NCBI GenBank assembly: GCA_046328035.1
Contig: JAXLXI010000003.1
Span: forward strand, 73,547-137,546
Length of the DNA stretch: 64,000 nucleotides
Direction of reading: 5' to 3'
Source of the DNA: Candidatus Obscuribacterales bacterium
GTDB lineage: Bacteria > Cyanobacteriota > Vampirovibrionia > Obscuribacterales > Obscuribacteraceae
A program made the position numbers and the translations under genes. Below are positions 27,591 to 38,414 of the stretch, piece after piece. Position 1 is the first letter of the stretch. The number at the start of each line of letters is the position of its first letter. Below the pieces are notes generated by a model that saw nothing but the letters and a program-made list of their open reading frames with translations, made no database searches and was not told the origin of the DNA.

Positions 27591-28331
27591 ATGGATAACA
27601 ACCTCTCGGCAATAGTGACGATCATCGGCATGACGTGCGACGTCATGGGCGGCCTCTACCTGGCATACGATTTATTGGGCGGCGAAAACGGTCCGCTCGC
27701 TCGCCTGACCAAGATTGTCAACTACAGCGTCCTGATCGTATTGCTGTTCCTGGTCCCGATGGGCTTCAGATTTGGGTTGATTGTCGGTTTCGGATTTGGA
27801 ATTCCACTGGGTCTGCACCTGGATCGAGCAGGACGCAACATTCCTGACAGCAATGCGTTTCTCATGTCTACCGGCATGCTGCGCGGCGTTGCCATGGCAG
27901 CAGCCCTCTGGCCGCTCGCCTCGCCACTGCTCGCCATCTTGATGGGCTGCCTGGTTTGCACTATGTCGTACGTTTTGCCCAAAGTCAAAATTTCGCCGGC
28001 GCTCGTTTACCAGTCCGGCAAGAAACCTCAATTTCACTGGAAACAACTTCTGCTCGTCCTCTTTCTTGGCGGTCTCGCTCTCACCTCAGGTATATTCGGC
28101 GCCGGCATCACGCATGCCGATCAGAAGACCTTGCTGCTCGTGGTTAAGTTCTGTTTGACGTTTGCAACCATGATTCTCGTGGTCACATCAATCAGCCCGG
28201 TCATAGAGTGGTACTCCGACAACTTGCCACCAAAAACATTCGGCATCGCCGGTATCATTTTGTTTATCACAGGATTCGTCATTCAAGCGCTGCCTTCGCT
28301 AGTCACTATCTTCGAGATGACACCACAGTAG
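27591..28331 (+). CDS. Polytopic membrane protein, hypothetical
   Basis: It has several TM helices. No domain was recognised. Confidence 0.45.
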   Translation: MDNNLSAIVTIIGMTCDVMGGLYLAYDLLGGENGPLARLTKIVNYSVLIVLLFLVPMGFRFGLIVGFGFGIPLGLHLDRAGRNIPDSNAFLMSTGMLRGVAMAAALWPLASPLLAILMGCLVCTMSYVLPKVKISPALVYQSGKKPQFHWKQLLLVLFLGGLALTSGIFGAGITHADQKTLLLVVKFCLTFATMILVVTSISPVIEWYSDNLPPKTFGIAGIILFITGFVIQALPSLVTIFEMTPQ

Positions 28332-28391
28332 CTGCTGCTGTTGGCAGCCGTTTCCTCTACAATATGCGACGCACGTCATATCGCTCAGGGG

Positions 28392-30947
28392 ATGAAACTT
28401 ATGCGGCACTCGCTTCGCAAACTGCCGGCGTTGACTTCGGCATTCAGTGTGTTGATTGCCGCGACCATCACTGCAAAAGCGACAGCCGCGGCGGTCACCT
28501 ACAACGACGAAAAGGTCGACACGCAGATAAAAAACCTGGTCAAGCAAATGACAGTCGACGAAAAGATTCTCCTGCTCTCTGGCACCGCCGACGAAATGGG
28601 AGTGCCCGGTATCGAGAGATTGGGGATACCTCAACTGAAGTTCAGTGACGGTCCTGTCGGTGTGCGAGTGTGGGGCAAGTCCACCGCCTACCCGGCGGGC
28701 GCCATGCTCGCCGCAACGTGGAACACTGACACCGCACGCGCCGTTGGCAAAGCGCTGGGACGAGATTGTCGGGCGCGCGGCGTGCACATTTTGCTGGGAC
28801 CCGGTTGCGATCTTTATCGGGTCGCGCAGTGTGGAAGAAACTTCGAGTACTTCGGCGAAGATCCGTTCTTGTCCGCCGCGATCACGTCAGCCTGGATCAA
28901 GGGATGCCAGGGCGAGCGCGTCGCCGCCTGCGTCAAACACTATGCTGCCAACGATCAAGAAATCCAGCGCGGCAGCATCAATACAATCATCGACGAACGC
29001 CGCTTGCACGAAATCTGCCTGCCACCGTTCAAAGCCGCGGTGCAGGACGCAAATTCGTGGACGCTGATGGCTGCATACAATAAAGTGAACGGCGATTGGT
29101 GCACCGCCAACAAATATTTGCTCGACGATGTGCTGCGCAAGCATTGGGGTTTCAAGGGCACCGTGATCTCAGACTGGGGCGCCGTGCACGATGCACTGGG
29201 ACCGCTCACCGCAGGCACCGATCTCGAAATGGGCACGCGTGAGTTTTACAAGTACGACACGATCAAAGGTTTCTTGCGGGACGGGAAATTATCGGAAGCT
29301 GTTCTCGACGAGAGGGTCAGCAATGTGCTGCGCCCATCAGTTGCGATGGGCTGGTTCGACAACAAACAAGAAGATAAATCGATCCCGCTCGATGATCCAA
29401 CAAGTGATGCGGTGGCGCTGCAAGTCGCACGCGAAGGCTTGGTGCTACTGAAAAATCAAAACAACTTCCTGCCTCTCGACAAAACTAAGATCCGAAAACT
29501 GGTGGTGCTCGGTCCCAACGTCTGGCCGCCGGTGATCAGTGGTGGTGGCAGCAGTTATACGCAACCTTTCAAAAGCGTGGGATTGCAATTTGCGTTGAAG
29601 GATATCGCCGGACCCAACACCGAAGTCGTGTACATCCCAACATGGGTCGGTCCCGACCCGACCAAAGCACTAAATCTCGCCATCAATAAGATACCGTTTG
29701 AGTCGCTGCCGGAAAACGGATTGTCGGCAGCCAAAGTCGAGTACTTCGCCAATAACTCTCTGGCAGGACCGCCGGTCTTGACCGACTACGAAACCATCAT
29801 CGACCACCAATGGGCTGAGTGGCAGCCAAAGCCACTGCCTCTGAAGAAACCGTTCTCGGCTCGCTGGACATTTAAAATCAAAGCGCCGCAAACCGACGAG
29901 TACGATCTGGCATTCGCCAGCGATAACGCCCGCATCGCAGTGGAAGGTCAGCCATACTTCAACCTCGGCTACAGCCCGAACGCCAAGCGTTTGATTCAGA
30001 GTCTCTCGATGAAAGCGGGCGAGAGTCGGACTGTCGTCATCGAGTACAAGCATGACTCGACGGAACAAGCGGTGATGCAGTTTGCCTTCAATAAGTCCTC
30101 AAAAGATTTTTCGCCGGAACAGAAAAACGCTATCGAAGAAGCCGACGTCGTGGTGGCAGCTGTTGGTTTCAATGCAGCACTGGAATCAGAAGGCTTCGAT
30201 CGCTCGCTCGATTTGCCGGCTGAACAACAGGAATTGCTTAAGACAGTTTCCCAACTCAATCCCCGCACCATAGCCGTGATCAATGCCGGCGGCAATGTAC
30301 TCATGCAAGGCAGCGCGGACAAAGTTCCGGCTCTGCTCCACGCCTGGTACCCGGGTCAACACGGCTATACCGCCGTCGCCGAAGCCATATTCGGCGAGCT
30401 CAATCCGAGCGGCCGCCTGCCGGACACCTTCGAACGCAAGTGGGAAGACTCGCCAGCCTTCAGCAATTATCCCGGCGACTCCGCAGACGGTGGCACAGTC
30501 AAATACGCCGAAGGCATCTACGTCGGCTACAGACACTACGACAAGAAGAACATCGAGCCCCTGTATCCGTTCGGCTACGGATTGTCGTACACGACCTTCG
30601 CTATGAAGAACGCGAAGCTCACTCACGAGAAGGGACAGCCCATGACCGCATCGGTCGATGTCACCAATACCGGTGCGCGCCCCGGTGCCGAGGTTGTGCA
30701 GATGTACGTGCGTCCAATCGGCAGCACCGTGGATAGGCCGAAGCAAGAACTGAAGGGGTTCGCTCGCGTGGTGCTGGCTGCTGGAGAAACAAAAACCGTG
30801 ACTCTACCTTTAAACGCCGAGTCGTTCGCCATATACGATGCGCAGGCGCACCAATGGGTTTCGCCCGCCGGCAAGTACGAAATCGCGTTCGGTGCTTCGA
30901 GCCGCGATATCCACTGCTCGCAGACGCTCGACTGGCATGGCGACTGA
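28392..30947 (+). CDS. bglX: Glycoside hydrolase family 3 beta-glucosidase with a signal peptide
   Basis: GH3 N-terminal motifs include KHYAANDQE and GFKGTVISDW. A C-terminal fibronectin-like domain is present. Confidence 0.8.
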   Translation: MKLMRHSLRKLPALTSAFSVLIAATITAKATAAAVTYNDEKVDTQIKNLVKQMTVDEKILLLSGTADEMGVPGIERLGIPQLKFSDGPVGVRVWGKSTAYPAGAMLAATWNTDTARAVGKALGRDCRARGVHILLGPGCDLYRVAQCGRNFEYFGEDPFLSAAITSAWIKGCQGERVAACVKHYAANDQEIQRGSINTIIDERRLHEICLPPFKAAVQDANSWTLMAAYNKVNGDWCTANKYLLDDVLRKHWGFKGTVISDWGAVHDALGPLTAGTDLEMGTREFYKYDTIKGFLRDGKLSEAVLDERVSNVLRPSVAMGWFDNKQEDKSIPLDDPTSDAVALQVAREGLVLLKNQNNFLPLDKTKIRKLVVLGPNVWPPVISGGGSSYTQPFKSVGLQFALKDIAGPNTEVVYIPTWVGPDPTKALNLAINKIPFESLPENGLSAAKVEYFANNSLAGPPVLTDYETIIDHQWAEWQPKPLPLKKPFSARWTFKIKAPQTDEYDLAFASDNARIAVEGQPYFNLGYSPNAKRLIQSLSMKAGESRTVVIEYKHDSTEQAVMQFAFNKSSKDFSPEQKNAIEEADVVVAAVGFNAALESEGFDRSLDLPAEQQELLKTVSQLNPRTIAVINAGGNVLMQGSADKVPALLHAWYPGQHGYTAVAEAIFGELNPSGRLPDTFERKWEDSPAFSNYPGDSADGGTVKYAEGIYVGYRHYDKKNIEPLYPFGYGLSYTTFAMKNAKLTHEKGQPMTASVDVTNTGARPGAEVVQMYVRPIGSTVDRPKQELKGFARVVLAAGETKTVTLPLNAESFAIYDAQAHQWVSPAGKYEIAFGASSRDIHCSQTLDWHGD

Positions 30948-31493
30948 CATGCCGCCAGGTAAAGCGGATTTCATTATTAGTTTGTCGAAAGAATCGGCGA
31001 CTCGTATATGTTCAGTTACTATCGGCTGTTAACTGGGTCCGGCTTTCATAATGATCACAACTGGCGTTGTCGGTTTAGGGGGTGCTATGTCCCAGCAAAT
31101 TCGTTCACTTTGTCCGAGCGAAGACGAGTAAATCTCGCCACCTGATGTCGTCGGTGGCTCATTGCCACCACATTCGTCCTGAACAACTCTCCATCAACCC
31201 AATCAATTAAGACACCCTGAAGGGTGCCTGTCACTGCGTCCTGATGCGGAATAAATCAAAAGCACGGTAGCCTGCAGAGCTTCCGGGGCAACGCGATGCG
31301 TGCAGCTTACCGCTGCCTGCCGCCGTTGCGCGAAGTCGGCTGCGTCGCCAAGCTTGCGATGTTGCACGCATTGACACCTCATGCCTCATGCCATGCCGGA
31401 GCTCGCATGGCACGCGGTCGCACGGCAGTCACCACCACCTATTTACCGCTTTTACCTAGCGGCACCTTGTGCTGCAACCGGGAGGAATCAATC

Positions 31494-32594
31494 ATGACAG
31501 AAGTTATTACACAAGCACCGGCACCGCAACTGAACATCATGGATATGATCGCTAAAGATCTCGAAGAGCGCGCGGAACAGCCCCAACCATTGCACAATCA
31601 ATTCTCCGGCACTTCGGCGACCGAACAGAGAGATGCCTGGACAGCGATGACCGCCACCGCCGCCAGTACCACGGACAAAGTACCTGGGCTGACCCTGGTA
31701 AATGATCCGCAGCAAGGACAAGACAACTTGCACCCGGCAGAGATCGAAGTCGGTGGATACAACGCCGTGGTGGCAGCCAAAATCCCGGCACAGGGCGAAG
31801 GCGTGCTGACCTCGTTCGGACACGTATATAAGGATGCGTTGGAGCCCGGACTTCACGCAAAATGGCCGTGGCAACACGTCTATATGATGCCGACCAACTT
31901 GATTGCCAATACGGTGCGTGCGCAGGCTGGTTCGCACGACTTGCAACAAGTGACGACCCAGGTGACGGTGCCTTTCCACATGAATGCGGGACATGGACCG
32001 CAAGTCTTCCAGAGAATCGGCACTCTGGAAAAAGTGGAGGCCGTCGTCATCAATCCTGGAGTCCTGGAGTGCCTCAAGGCAGTATGCGCCCGCTACACGG
32101 CGGAAGAGCTGATCACTAAGCGGCAACATGTGAAAGAAGAAGTCGAGCAGGCTTTGAAAGACTACATCGCCACCGCACTCAAAGAACGCGGATTGGAAAA
32201 TGCACTTTCAATTGGCGTGATCGCCATCACCGACTTCAAATTCTCCGATGAATACAATAAGAGCATCGAACTGAAAGTGAAGGCAGCACAAGATGCATTG
32301 CGCGCCGAATCTGAGAAGAAACAGCGCATTACCGAAGCTGAGGGTTTGCGCGAAGCCATGAAGGCGAAAGCCGACGGCGAAGCCTATGCCACTGATGTGC
32401 GCAGCAAAGCAGAAGCCGATGCAATCCGTCGCCGTGCCGAAGCCCTGAAGGTCAACCCGGCGCTAATTGATCTGAACGCCATCGAAAAATGGGATGGCAA
32501 AGTGCCCGTCTACCAGGGTGGTGGCACTCCCATTCCGTTCATCAATGTGCCGAGACCTGGCGAAGTGCCACCACCTGCCGCTCCCACCAAATAA
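31494..32594 (+). CDS. SPFH/band-7 (stomatin/prohibitin/HflKC-like) domain protein
   Basis: GGGAGG lies upstream of the ATG. There is an SPFH core and a coiled-coil tail. Confidence 0.7.
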   Translation: MTEVITQAPAPQLNIMDMIAKDLEERAEQPQPLHNQFSGTSATEQRDAWTAMTATAASTTDKVPGLTLVNDPQQGQDNLHPAEIEVGGYNAVVAAKIPAQGEGVLTSFGHVYKDALEPGLHAKWPWQHVYMMPTNLIANTVRAQAGSHDLQQVTTQVTVPFHMNAGHGPQVFQRIGTLEKVEAVVINPGVLECLKAVCARYTAEELITKRQHVKEEVEQALKDYIATALKERGLENALSIGVIAITDFKFSDEYNKSIELKVKAAQDALRAESEKKQRITEAEGLREAMKAKADGEAYATDVRSKAEADAIRRRAEALKVNPALIDLNAIEKWDGKVPVYQGGGTPIPFINVPRPGEVPPPAAPTK

Positions 32595-32608
32595 GGGTTC
32601 GGTTGAAC

Positions 32609-33631
32609 ATGGAGAGTGGGCGTGCCTCCGGGCACGCCTTGCCTCCATGGCAGACGCAATACACACAAGATACCGCCATGTCCGACCAGACACGAATTCC
32701 ATTACTGAGCAAGGATGCACCGCTTTCGCCACCAGATGCGGCGGCACAAGTTCAAGATGCCGCCTTGCGCAAAATGTATGAAGATGTGAATCCGGCAGTC
32801 GTTCAGCTGAAGACAGATAAAGGCACGGGCTCCGGTTTCTTTATAAACGACCACGGTGAAATTCTCACCGCCGCGCATGTGGTGCTCAACGCCAGAGAAA
32901 CCTTCGCCGTCACCATGAACGGCAAGGCTTACCGCGCACGCATCGTCGATATCTCTGATACGACCGACCTGGCTCGTTTGCAACTTGAAGAATTCGACGG
33001 CAGCAAGCAACCTTATCTGAAGCTCGCCGACGATTCTAAAATGGCTCCCGATCAGCCTGTGTACTCAATCGGCTATCCGAAAGGATTGAGCACCGCGTAC
33101 CTTTCTCCAGGCGACTACAACGCGCACGTGACGATCTACGATCTCGTTGACAAAAACGCCATCGCCGCCAAATTCAAATCCGCCAACAGTCTGGAGAAAG
33201 ACAACTGGCTGAAAGCGCTGTCCGGCAAAGTCATCGAAGGCGATGTGCACGTCGAGCGCGGCAACTCCGGCGGACCGCTGCTCAACAGCGAGGGCAAAGT
33301 GATCGGCGTTGCCGATATCGCATCGCGCGATGGTGTCAGCATCTCGTATTACCGCCCGGTCGAAGACGTGCGTTCGTTTCTTAAACAGGAGCGCGAAAAA
33401 CCTTTTACCATTACATACACACACGTTCGCTCCGCACCGGGTACCTTCTGCATCGCTGGATTGCCACCGCTTCAAGGCGAGCCGGCGGCACCGCCAAAGG
33501 CGCCGCAAGACGTTTCTTGCCCGGCCCGAGATCGACTGGTGCTCGAAGAGATTCGTCGCAACGATGGACTTCTGGTTCCACCCTTTGACTGGAGTTCGGT
33601 AACCTTCAGACCATCAAAGTCGCCCAAATAG
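32609..33631 (+). CDS. Trypsin-like serine peptidase, S1 family
   Basis: GSGFFI is present. The catalytic motifs are TAAHVV (His) and GNSGGPL (Ser). The start is ambiguous between 32609 and 32678. Confidence 0.7.
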   Translation: MESGRASGHALPPWQTQYTQDTAMSDQTRIPLLSKDAPLSPPDAAAQVQDAALRKMYEDVNPAVVQLKTDKGTGSGFFINDHGEILTAAHVVLNARETFAVTMNGKAYRARIVDISDTTDLARLQLEEFDGSKQPYLKLADDSKMAPDQPVYSIGYPKGLSTAYLSPGDYNAHVTIYDLVDKNAIAAKFKSANSLEKDNWLKALSGKVIEGDVHVERGNSGGPLLNSEGKVIGVADIASRDGVSISYYRPVEDVRSFLKQEREKPFTITYTHVRSAPGTFCIAGLPPLQGEPAAPPKAPQDVSCPARDRLVLEEIRRNDGLLVPPFDWSSVTFRPSKSPK

Positions 33632-33655
33632 TGCAAAATCTGATAGGCTCAAGGC

Positions 33656-34498
33656 ATGAGTCGCCAGCAGGACAAAGCCACGGTCTGCATCGGAAACAAG
33701 ATCGATGCGTGGGTCGCGCATTCGACTATTTGTTTGCGGTTGGCCGACGAAACCTTTTCAGCTTCTGATGACAACAGCGATGACGCTCACAATCTGGCGG
33801 CGGAAGAGGCGATTCAGCTGGCCGATGCCTTGACCGACCTCAGCAAAGTGCTGGTCCCCGCCGGGCTGGAGAAGCGCCCGACACGCGACGAGTGGGAAAA
33901 GGACAAAAACGGATATTACTTCGCGCACGACAAGATGGAAGTCTGGATCGAGTCGCGACTGGTGATCAAAATGCGCCTGGCGAGCGAATTGCAACTTGGT
34001 GCCGCCGACGCGTGCAGATTTGCCGATGTCCTGCGACACGTGGCTTCCATCTCGCTCTCCGAGCGGCAGCAATTGATCGATGAGGGCAACATCGTCAGCC
34101 TCAATCGGCTGGAGCGTCAGGATGCCGTGCGAGATCTAGCCTGCGACATTCTCGAACGCAATGCTGCCGACTACTCGAACACTAATGCAATGATCGCGGT
34201 CAGGTATCTCTGCGAACACTATCCGGAGCGGCTTGATATGTGGTGCGACCGCTACGCGCACCATGCCGACGCCGACGTTTTATTCGAACTGGCGCTGCAG
34301 GCACGCAAGGTCAGCGTGGACCGCGCGCTCTTACTCCTGGAGACGGCATTTCAACGGGCTCCTATTGCCGATATCAGAACTAATGTTTTGCAAGTGCTCG
34401 AAACGCTGATGCGTCCAGAAGAAAAGGAGGATGCGGAGAAGGCTCGCCGTGTCTTCCGCCGGTTGTCACGCCCCACTGCAGAACAGGGCGACAATTGA
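33656..34498 (+). CDS. Hypothetical protein
   Basis: It is a 280-aa ORF with no recognised motifs. Confidence 0.4.
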   Translation: MSRQQDKATVCIGNKIDAWVAHSTICLRLADETFSASDDNSDDAHNLAAEEAIQLADALTDLSKVLVPAGLEKRPTRDEWEKDKNGYYFAHDKMEVWIESRLVIKMRLASELQLGAADACRFADVLRHVASISLSERQQLIDEGNIVSLNRLERQDAVRDLACDILERNAADYSNTNAMIAVRYLCEHYPERLDMWCDRYAHHADADVLFELALQARKVSVDRALLLLETAFQRAPIADIRTNVLQVLETLMRPEEKEDAEKARRVFRRLSRPTAEQGDN

Positions 34499-34555
34499 CG
34501 ATGGGTATAACAAGGGTTATGCTCGACAAGTACCCCTTCTCCGCTAAACGACAAA

Positions 34556-35734
34556 ATGCGTAAGCTCTTCAATAGCGCCGTCACGGCATTGGCAATATTT
34601 TCAGCGCTCAGCGCCACGGTCACGATTTCGACGACCAGCGCCTTGGCAGAACCAGTCTGCTACGTCGACAGCAAAGTAGGCGAAGAACTGAATCTGCCCG
34701 TCTATGAATGGGTCGACACCAGCGTTCCGCAAAAAGGAATTATCGTCGCCATTCACGGACTAACGTTTTATGCCGACGCTTACGACAAACTGGCGAGACA
34801 CCTCGCTTCGGAAGGGTTCAAATTTTACGCGTGCGACTTGCGCGGATTCGGGCGCTGGAAGACCGACTACGCGAAATTCGGCGGCGACGATCAAGTGCAC
34901 TTCACGCAGAGCAAAGACGACCTGACTCGCCTGGCGAAGAAACTGCGAGCAGAGAATCCCGACTCGCGAATGATTGTCTTGGGCGAGAGTCTCGGCGCCA
35001 ACTATGCGCTCTGGTCGATGTCGGAAGAAGGCGGACAACTCTTTGACGGTGCCGTCGTCTTCGCGCCCGGCGTCAAAACTCGCATCCACCCGAAGCCGCG
35101 CATGGCGGTAGATTTCTTCCACGGGCTCAGGCATCCTAAAAAACCGATGAACCTGGAGCCGTACATCACCCCTTACTTGTCGAACGATCGACAGGTGACA
35201 CAAACTTGTTTGAAGGATCCGCTGATCTGCAAGGAACTCTCGCCCATCGAATTGATCAAAGTCGCACTGACTAATAAAGAATCGATTCAGAAGGTGAAAA
35301 ACATTCCTGCCGACAAACCAATTATGATCGTCGCCGGCGATGAAGATGCCGTGTTCAAGACGTCCGCCATCAACAAATGGGCGCGACGGCTGGGCAGCGA
35401 TAACGTGAGCATTCACGAATTGCCCAACAAGGGACACTTGATGCTCGAGTCGCAAGACGTCGACATGGGAGTCGTCGGCATCGTCGACGACTGGCTGTCA
35501 ACCGCTCCGAAGGTGACGGCTGAAGACAACGCACTCGTAGCCGGCGCCACTGAAGCAGAATCCGCGAAGCCGGCTTCCTCATCATGGCTGAAAACGAGCA
35601 TCGAGCATTACTCGCCGATTCGCATGTCGAAAAACACAATCGACTACGCGAAAAACTGGAGCAAGCGCATCACCGCATCCAGTTCATCCGGTGGCAGCAG
35701 CGCGCCCCACACGCCGAGCGCCTCCACCGACTAA
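34556..35734 (+). CDS. Secreted alpha/beta hydrolase (lysophospholipase / monoacylglycerol-lipase-like)
   Basis: It has a signal peptide. The nucleophile elbow is GESLGA. Confidence 0.7.
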   Translation: MRKLFNSAVTALAIFSALSATVTISTTSALAEPVCYVDSKVGEELNLPVYEWVDTSVPQKGIIVAIHGLTFYADAYDKLARHLASEGFKFYACDLRGFGRWKTDYAKFGGDDQVHFTQSKDDLTRLAKKLRAENPDSRMIVLGESLGANYALWSMSEEGGQLFDGAVVFAPGVKTRIHPKPRMAVDFFHGLRHPKKPMNLEPYITPYLSNDRQVTQTCLKDPLICKELSPIELIKVALTNKESIQKVKNIPADKPIMIVAGDEDAVFKTSAINKWARRLGSDNVSIHELPNKGHLMLESQDVDMGVVGIVDDWLSTAPKVTAEDNALVAGATEAESAKPASSSWLKTSIEHYSPIRMSKNTIDYAKNWSKRITASSSSGGSSAPHTPSASTD

Positions 35735-35936
35735 GGAGTTGGAGGGGTCTCAAGCCGCGCCTTGGAAAATGTTGATCTATACGATAACATGCTTGCCCGC
35801 CTCAAAAATGTATGAGCGCGACCGAGAAGGCTCATCCCTGGAGGCTTTCGCGCTCCAGCCTCTGCCGGAAGCGTCGACTTTCGCTGTTATCGTATAGATC
35901 AACTTTTTTCTAAGCGTTGAGGTGAGCCCCCCAACA

Positions 35937-36581
35937 TTAGCCGGTGATTTCGGCTTTCTCTTTGATGCGCACCTTGATGTATTGCCCTTGTTCAGGCTTG
36001 CTCTCGGGTATCGCCTCGAGCTGGGACTTGGGCTGGGGCTTGGTCTCGCGCTCGGGCTCGTGCTCACCCTCGGAGCCTCGCCGCTGAACCGTCCACTCGA
36101 AGGGCGCAAAGGCAGCAAGCACCACGCACAGAGGCATGATCGAAACGAACGAAAAGAAGGTCAACGGCATTAGTCCGGCCGTTATGTTCTGAACACTGCG
36201 CCCTATCAACACGATCAACATAAACATGCCAAAGAAAACGATTGCATAGTGGCGCAGAAAGTTCATCACGATCCGCCAGAGCGAGCGCGTCGGATTAATC
36301 ACTGCAGCATGAGCAACCATGAGACAGAGCACGAAGGGCACAAGCAAAAAGGTGGAATTGGGATCGAAGACGACATGTGCCATACGTAGCAACAATGCAG
36401 AATCGTAAAGTTGATTCGCTTCAGCGTTTGAATAATCCACAGGAGTGGGAAGCTGCCATGCCGTCCCATCCCAGTTCATGTGAATTCTAATCGCGAGCAG
36501 GCAGATACTGATGCACAACGCTGCCAAGATCGCCCACACGTAGGTTTTCTTGCTGCACTCAGCCCGGACCGGATCATCCAT
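35937..36581 (-). CDS. Hypothetical multi-TM membrane protein
   Basis: It has four or more hydrophobic helices. The start is uncertain. Confidence 0.4.
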   Translation of the reverse strand: MDDPVRAECSKKTYVWAILAALCISICLLAIRIHMNWDGTAWQLPTPVDYSNAEANQLYDSALLLRMAHVVFDPNSTFLLVPFVLCLMVAHAAVINPTRSLWRIVMNFLRHYAIVFFGMFMLIVLIGRSVQNITAGLMPLTFFSFVSIMPLCVVLAAFAPFEWTVQRRGSEGEHEPERETKPQPKSQLEAIPESKPEQGQYIKVRIKEKAEITG

Positions 36582-36698
36582 GGCGTCCGCCTCGATGCTA
36601 GTAATTGTTTCTTCCCCAGTCCCATGCTAGCATCGGGCTCGAATTCTCGGTGGCTGGGACCATACGATCGATTAAGGATTGCAACAGGAGTCGCCGGA

Positions 36699-37433
36699 AT
36701 GCCCGACGTCCATTATGAAGATCCGAGACTCGCGCAGATCTATGATCTAGACAGCGGATGGTCCGAAGACCGCGACTTCTATTTAGCGCTGCCGGTGAAG
36801 GCAGAACAGCACATTCTCGACATGGGCTGCGGCACCGGTTTGTTATGCAACGCGTACGCAGAGAAAGGGCACCATGTCACCGGAGCGGATCCTTCCGCGG
36901 CAATGCTGAATGTTGCGCGACGCAAGCCGCATGGCTCCGCGATCGAGTGGGTGCAATCCGCCGCGCAGACCTACAAGTCTGACAAGCGATTTGATCTGAT
37001 CATTATGACTGGTCATGCGTTTCAAGTATTGCTCACCGAGCAAGATATTCTCGCCGCCTTTGCTGCTATGAAACACCACTTGCGTGCCGGTGGCATGATT
37101 GTTTTCGAGTCACGAAACCCCGGCATCGACTGGGCACCACGTTGGAACTACGAGATAGAACTCGACACGCCCGCCGGTATCGTGCGCGAGTCGCGGCACT
37201 TTATCAGCATCGCGGACGGTATCATGCAGTTTGAACTGCGGTATCAGTTTCCCGACAGACAAGTACTCGCTTCTGCGAGCACGCTGCGTTTCTCACCGAG
37301 AGAAACTATCGAGCGTCTGCTCACCGCATCCGGTCTCAAGGCAGACAACATTTTCGGCGACTGGAGCCGCAACCCCTTCGATAGCAACGCATCGGAAGAG
37401 ATGATATTTGTCGTGGGTGCAGACGATAACTAA
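36699..37433 (+). CDS. Class I SAM-dependent methyltransferase
   Basis: The motif I sequence is LDMGCGTG. CAGGAG is the RBS before the ATG at 36699. Confidence 0.75.
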   Translation: MPDVHYEDPRLAQIYDLDSGWSEDRDFYLALPVKAEQHILDMGCGTGLLCNAYAEKGHHVTGADPSAAMLNVARRKPHGSAIEWVQSAAQTYKSDKRFDLIIMTGHAFQVLLTEQDILAAFAAMKHHLRAGGMIVFESRNPGIDWAPRWNYEIELDTPAGIVRESRHFISIADGIMQFELRYQFPDRQVLASASTLRFSPRETIERLLTASGLKADNIFGDWSRNPFDSNASEEMIFVVGADDN

Positions 37434-38308
37434 GTCAGCGCGATGCCGTCGGCATCGCTGAGCGGCACGTCTTCTTGTTTGCGCAAACCAACTGTGCATC
37501 CCACCGACGCAGTGATGATGGCCCCAATAGCCAGCCATTGCAACGGCGTCAACACCTCATTTAGCATGAACAAGCCAGTGAGTGCACCAGCGACAGGTTC
37601 CATGCTGAGTAGAATGCCAAACGTTTGTTTCGGCATTCTTTTGAGCGCATACAACTCCAGCGTAAATGGGATCGCGCTGGACATCACAGCCACGACGACA
37701 CCGGCAAGGAGCAGCGATGGTTCGGCAATCGCGCGGGAGAGATGAGTGATACCAAATGGCAGCACGACCAAGCCGGCGGCTGTCATTCCCAGCGAAGTGA
37801 CCTGTCCGGAGTGACCGCGACCGACCTCTTTGCCGATCACAATGTAGAGCGCCCAGAGCACTGCAGCTACCAATATGTATGTGACGCCGACCGGATCCAG
37901 ACTGCTGACACCGCCGGTGGCAAATGGAGAAAGCAAAAACATGCCGACAGCCGCGAAGGCAATCCACACAAAGTCCAGCGCGCGCCTCGACGTGCACACA
38001 GCTAGCGCTAGTGGACCGATAAACTCGACGGCGATGGCCACTCCGATAGGTATCGTCTCGATGCCTTTGTAGAACAACAGGTTCATGGCACCGAGAATCA
38101 GCCCGTAGAGCACAATCAATCCCGCCTGCCGGCGCGACAGCGACAACCGCCACGGACGCCAGACAGCCAGCAACATGAGCGCGGCAAACCCGACCCGCAT
38201 GACTGTGGCTCCTTCCGGACCCAGTTGCGCGAAAAGCATCTTCGCGTACGTGGAGCCCACGCAGAGCGAGATGATCGATAGCAGGAGTGCGAGTACGGCC
38301 AGGAACAC
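37430..38308 (-). CDS. EamA/DMT family transporter
   Basis: It has ten TM helices and two EamA-like halves. Confidence 0.7.
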   Translation of the reverse strand: MFLAVLALLLSIISLCVGSTYAKMLFAQLGPEGATVMRVGFAALMLLAVWRPWRLSLSRRQAGLIVLYGLILGAMNLLFYKGIETIPIGVAIAVEFIGPLALAVCTSRRALDFVWIAFAAVGMFLLSPFATGGVSSLDPVGVTYILVAAVLWALYIVIGKEVGRGHSGQVTSLGMTAAGLVVLPFGITHLSRAIAEPSLLLAGVVVAVMSSAIPFTLELYALKRMPKQTFGILLSMEPVAGALTGLFMLNEVLTPLQWLAIGAIITASVGCTVGLRKQEDVPLSDADGIALT

Positions 38309-38414
38309 GGGGATGTTGCCTCACTCAGTCCAGATAATTGTACCTTGGAAGTGCCCGTTTGAGCGTGTACACTTGTGCATACGGACATTCCTAAACCCGG
38401 ACAGGCTGCACTGA

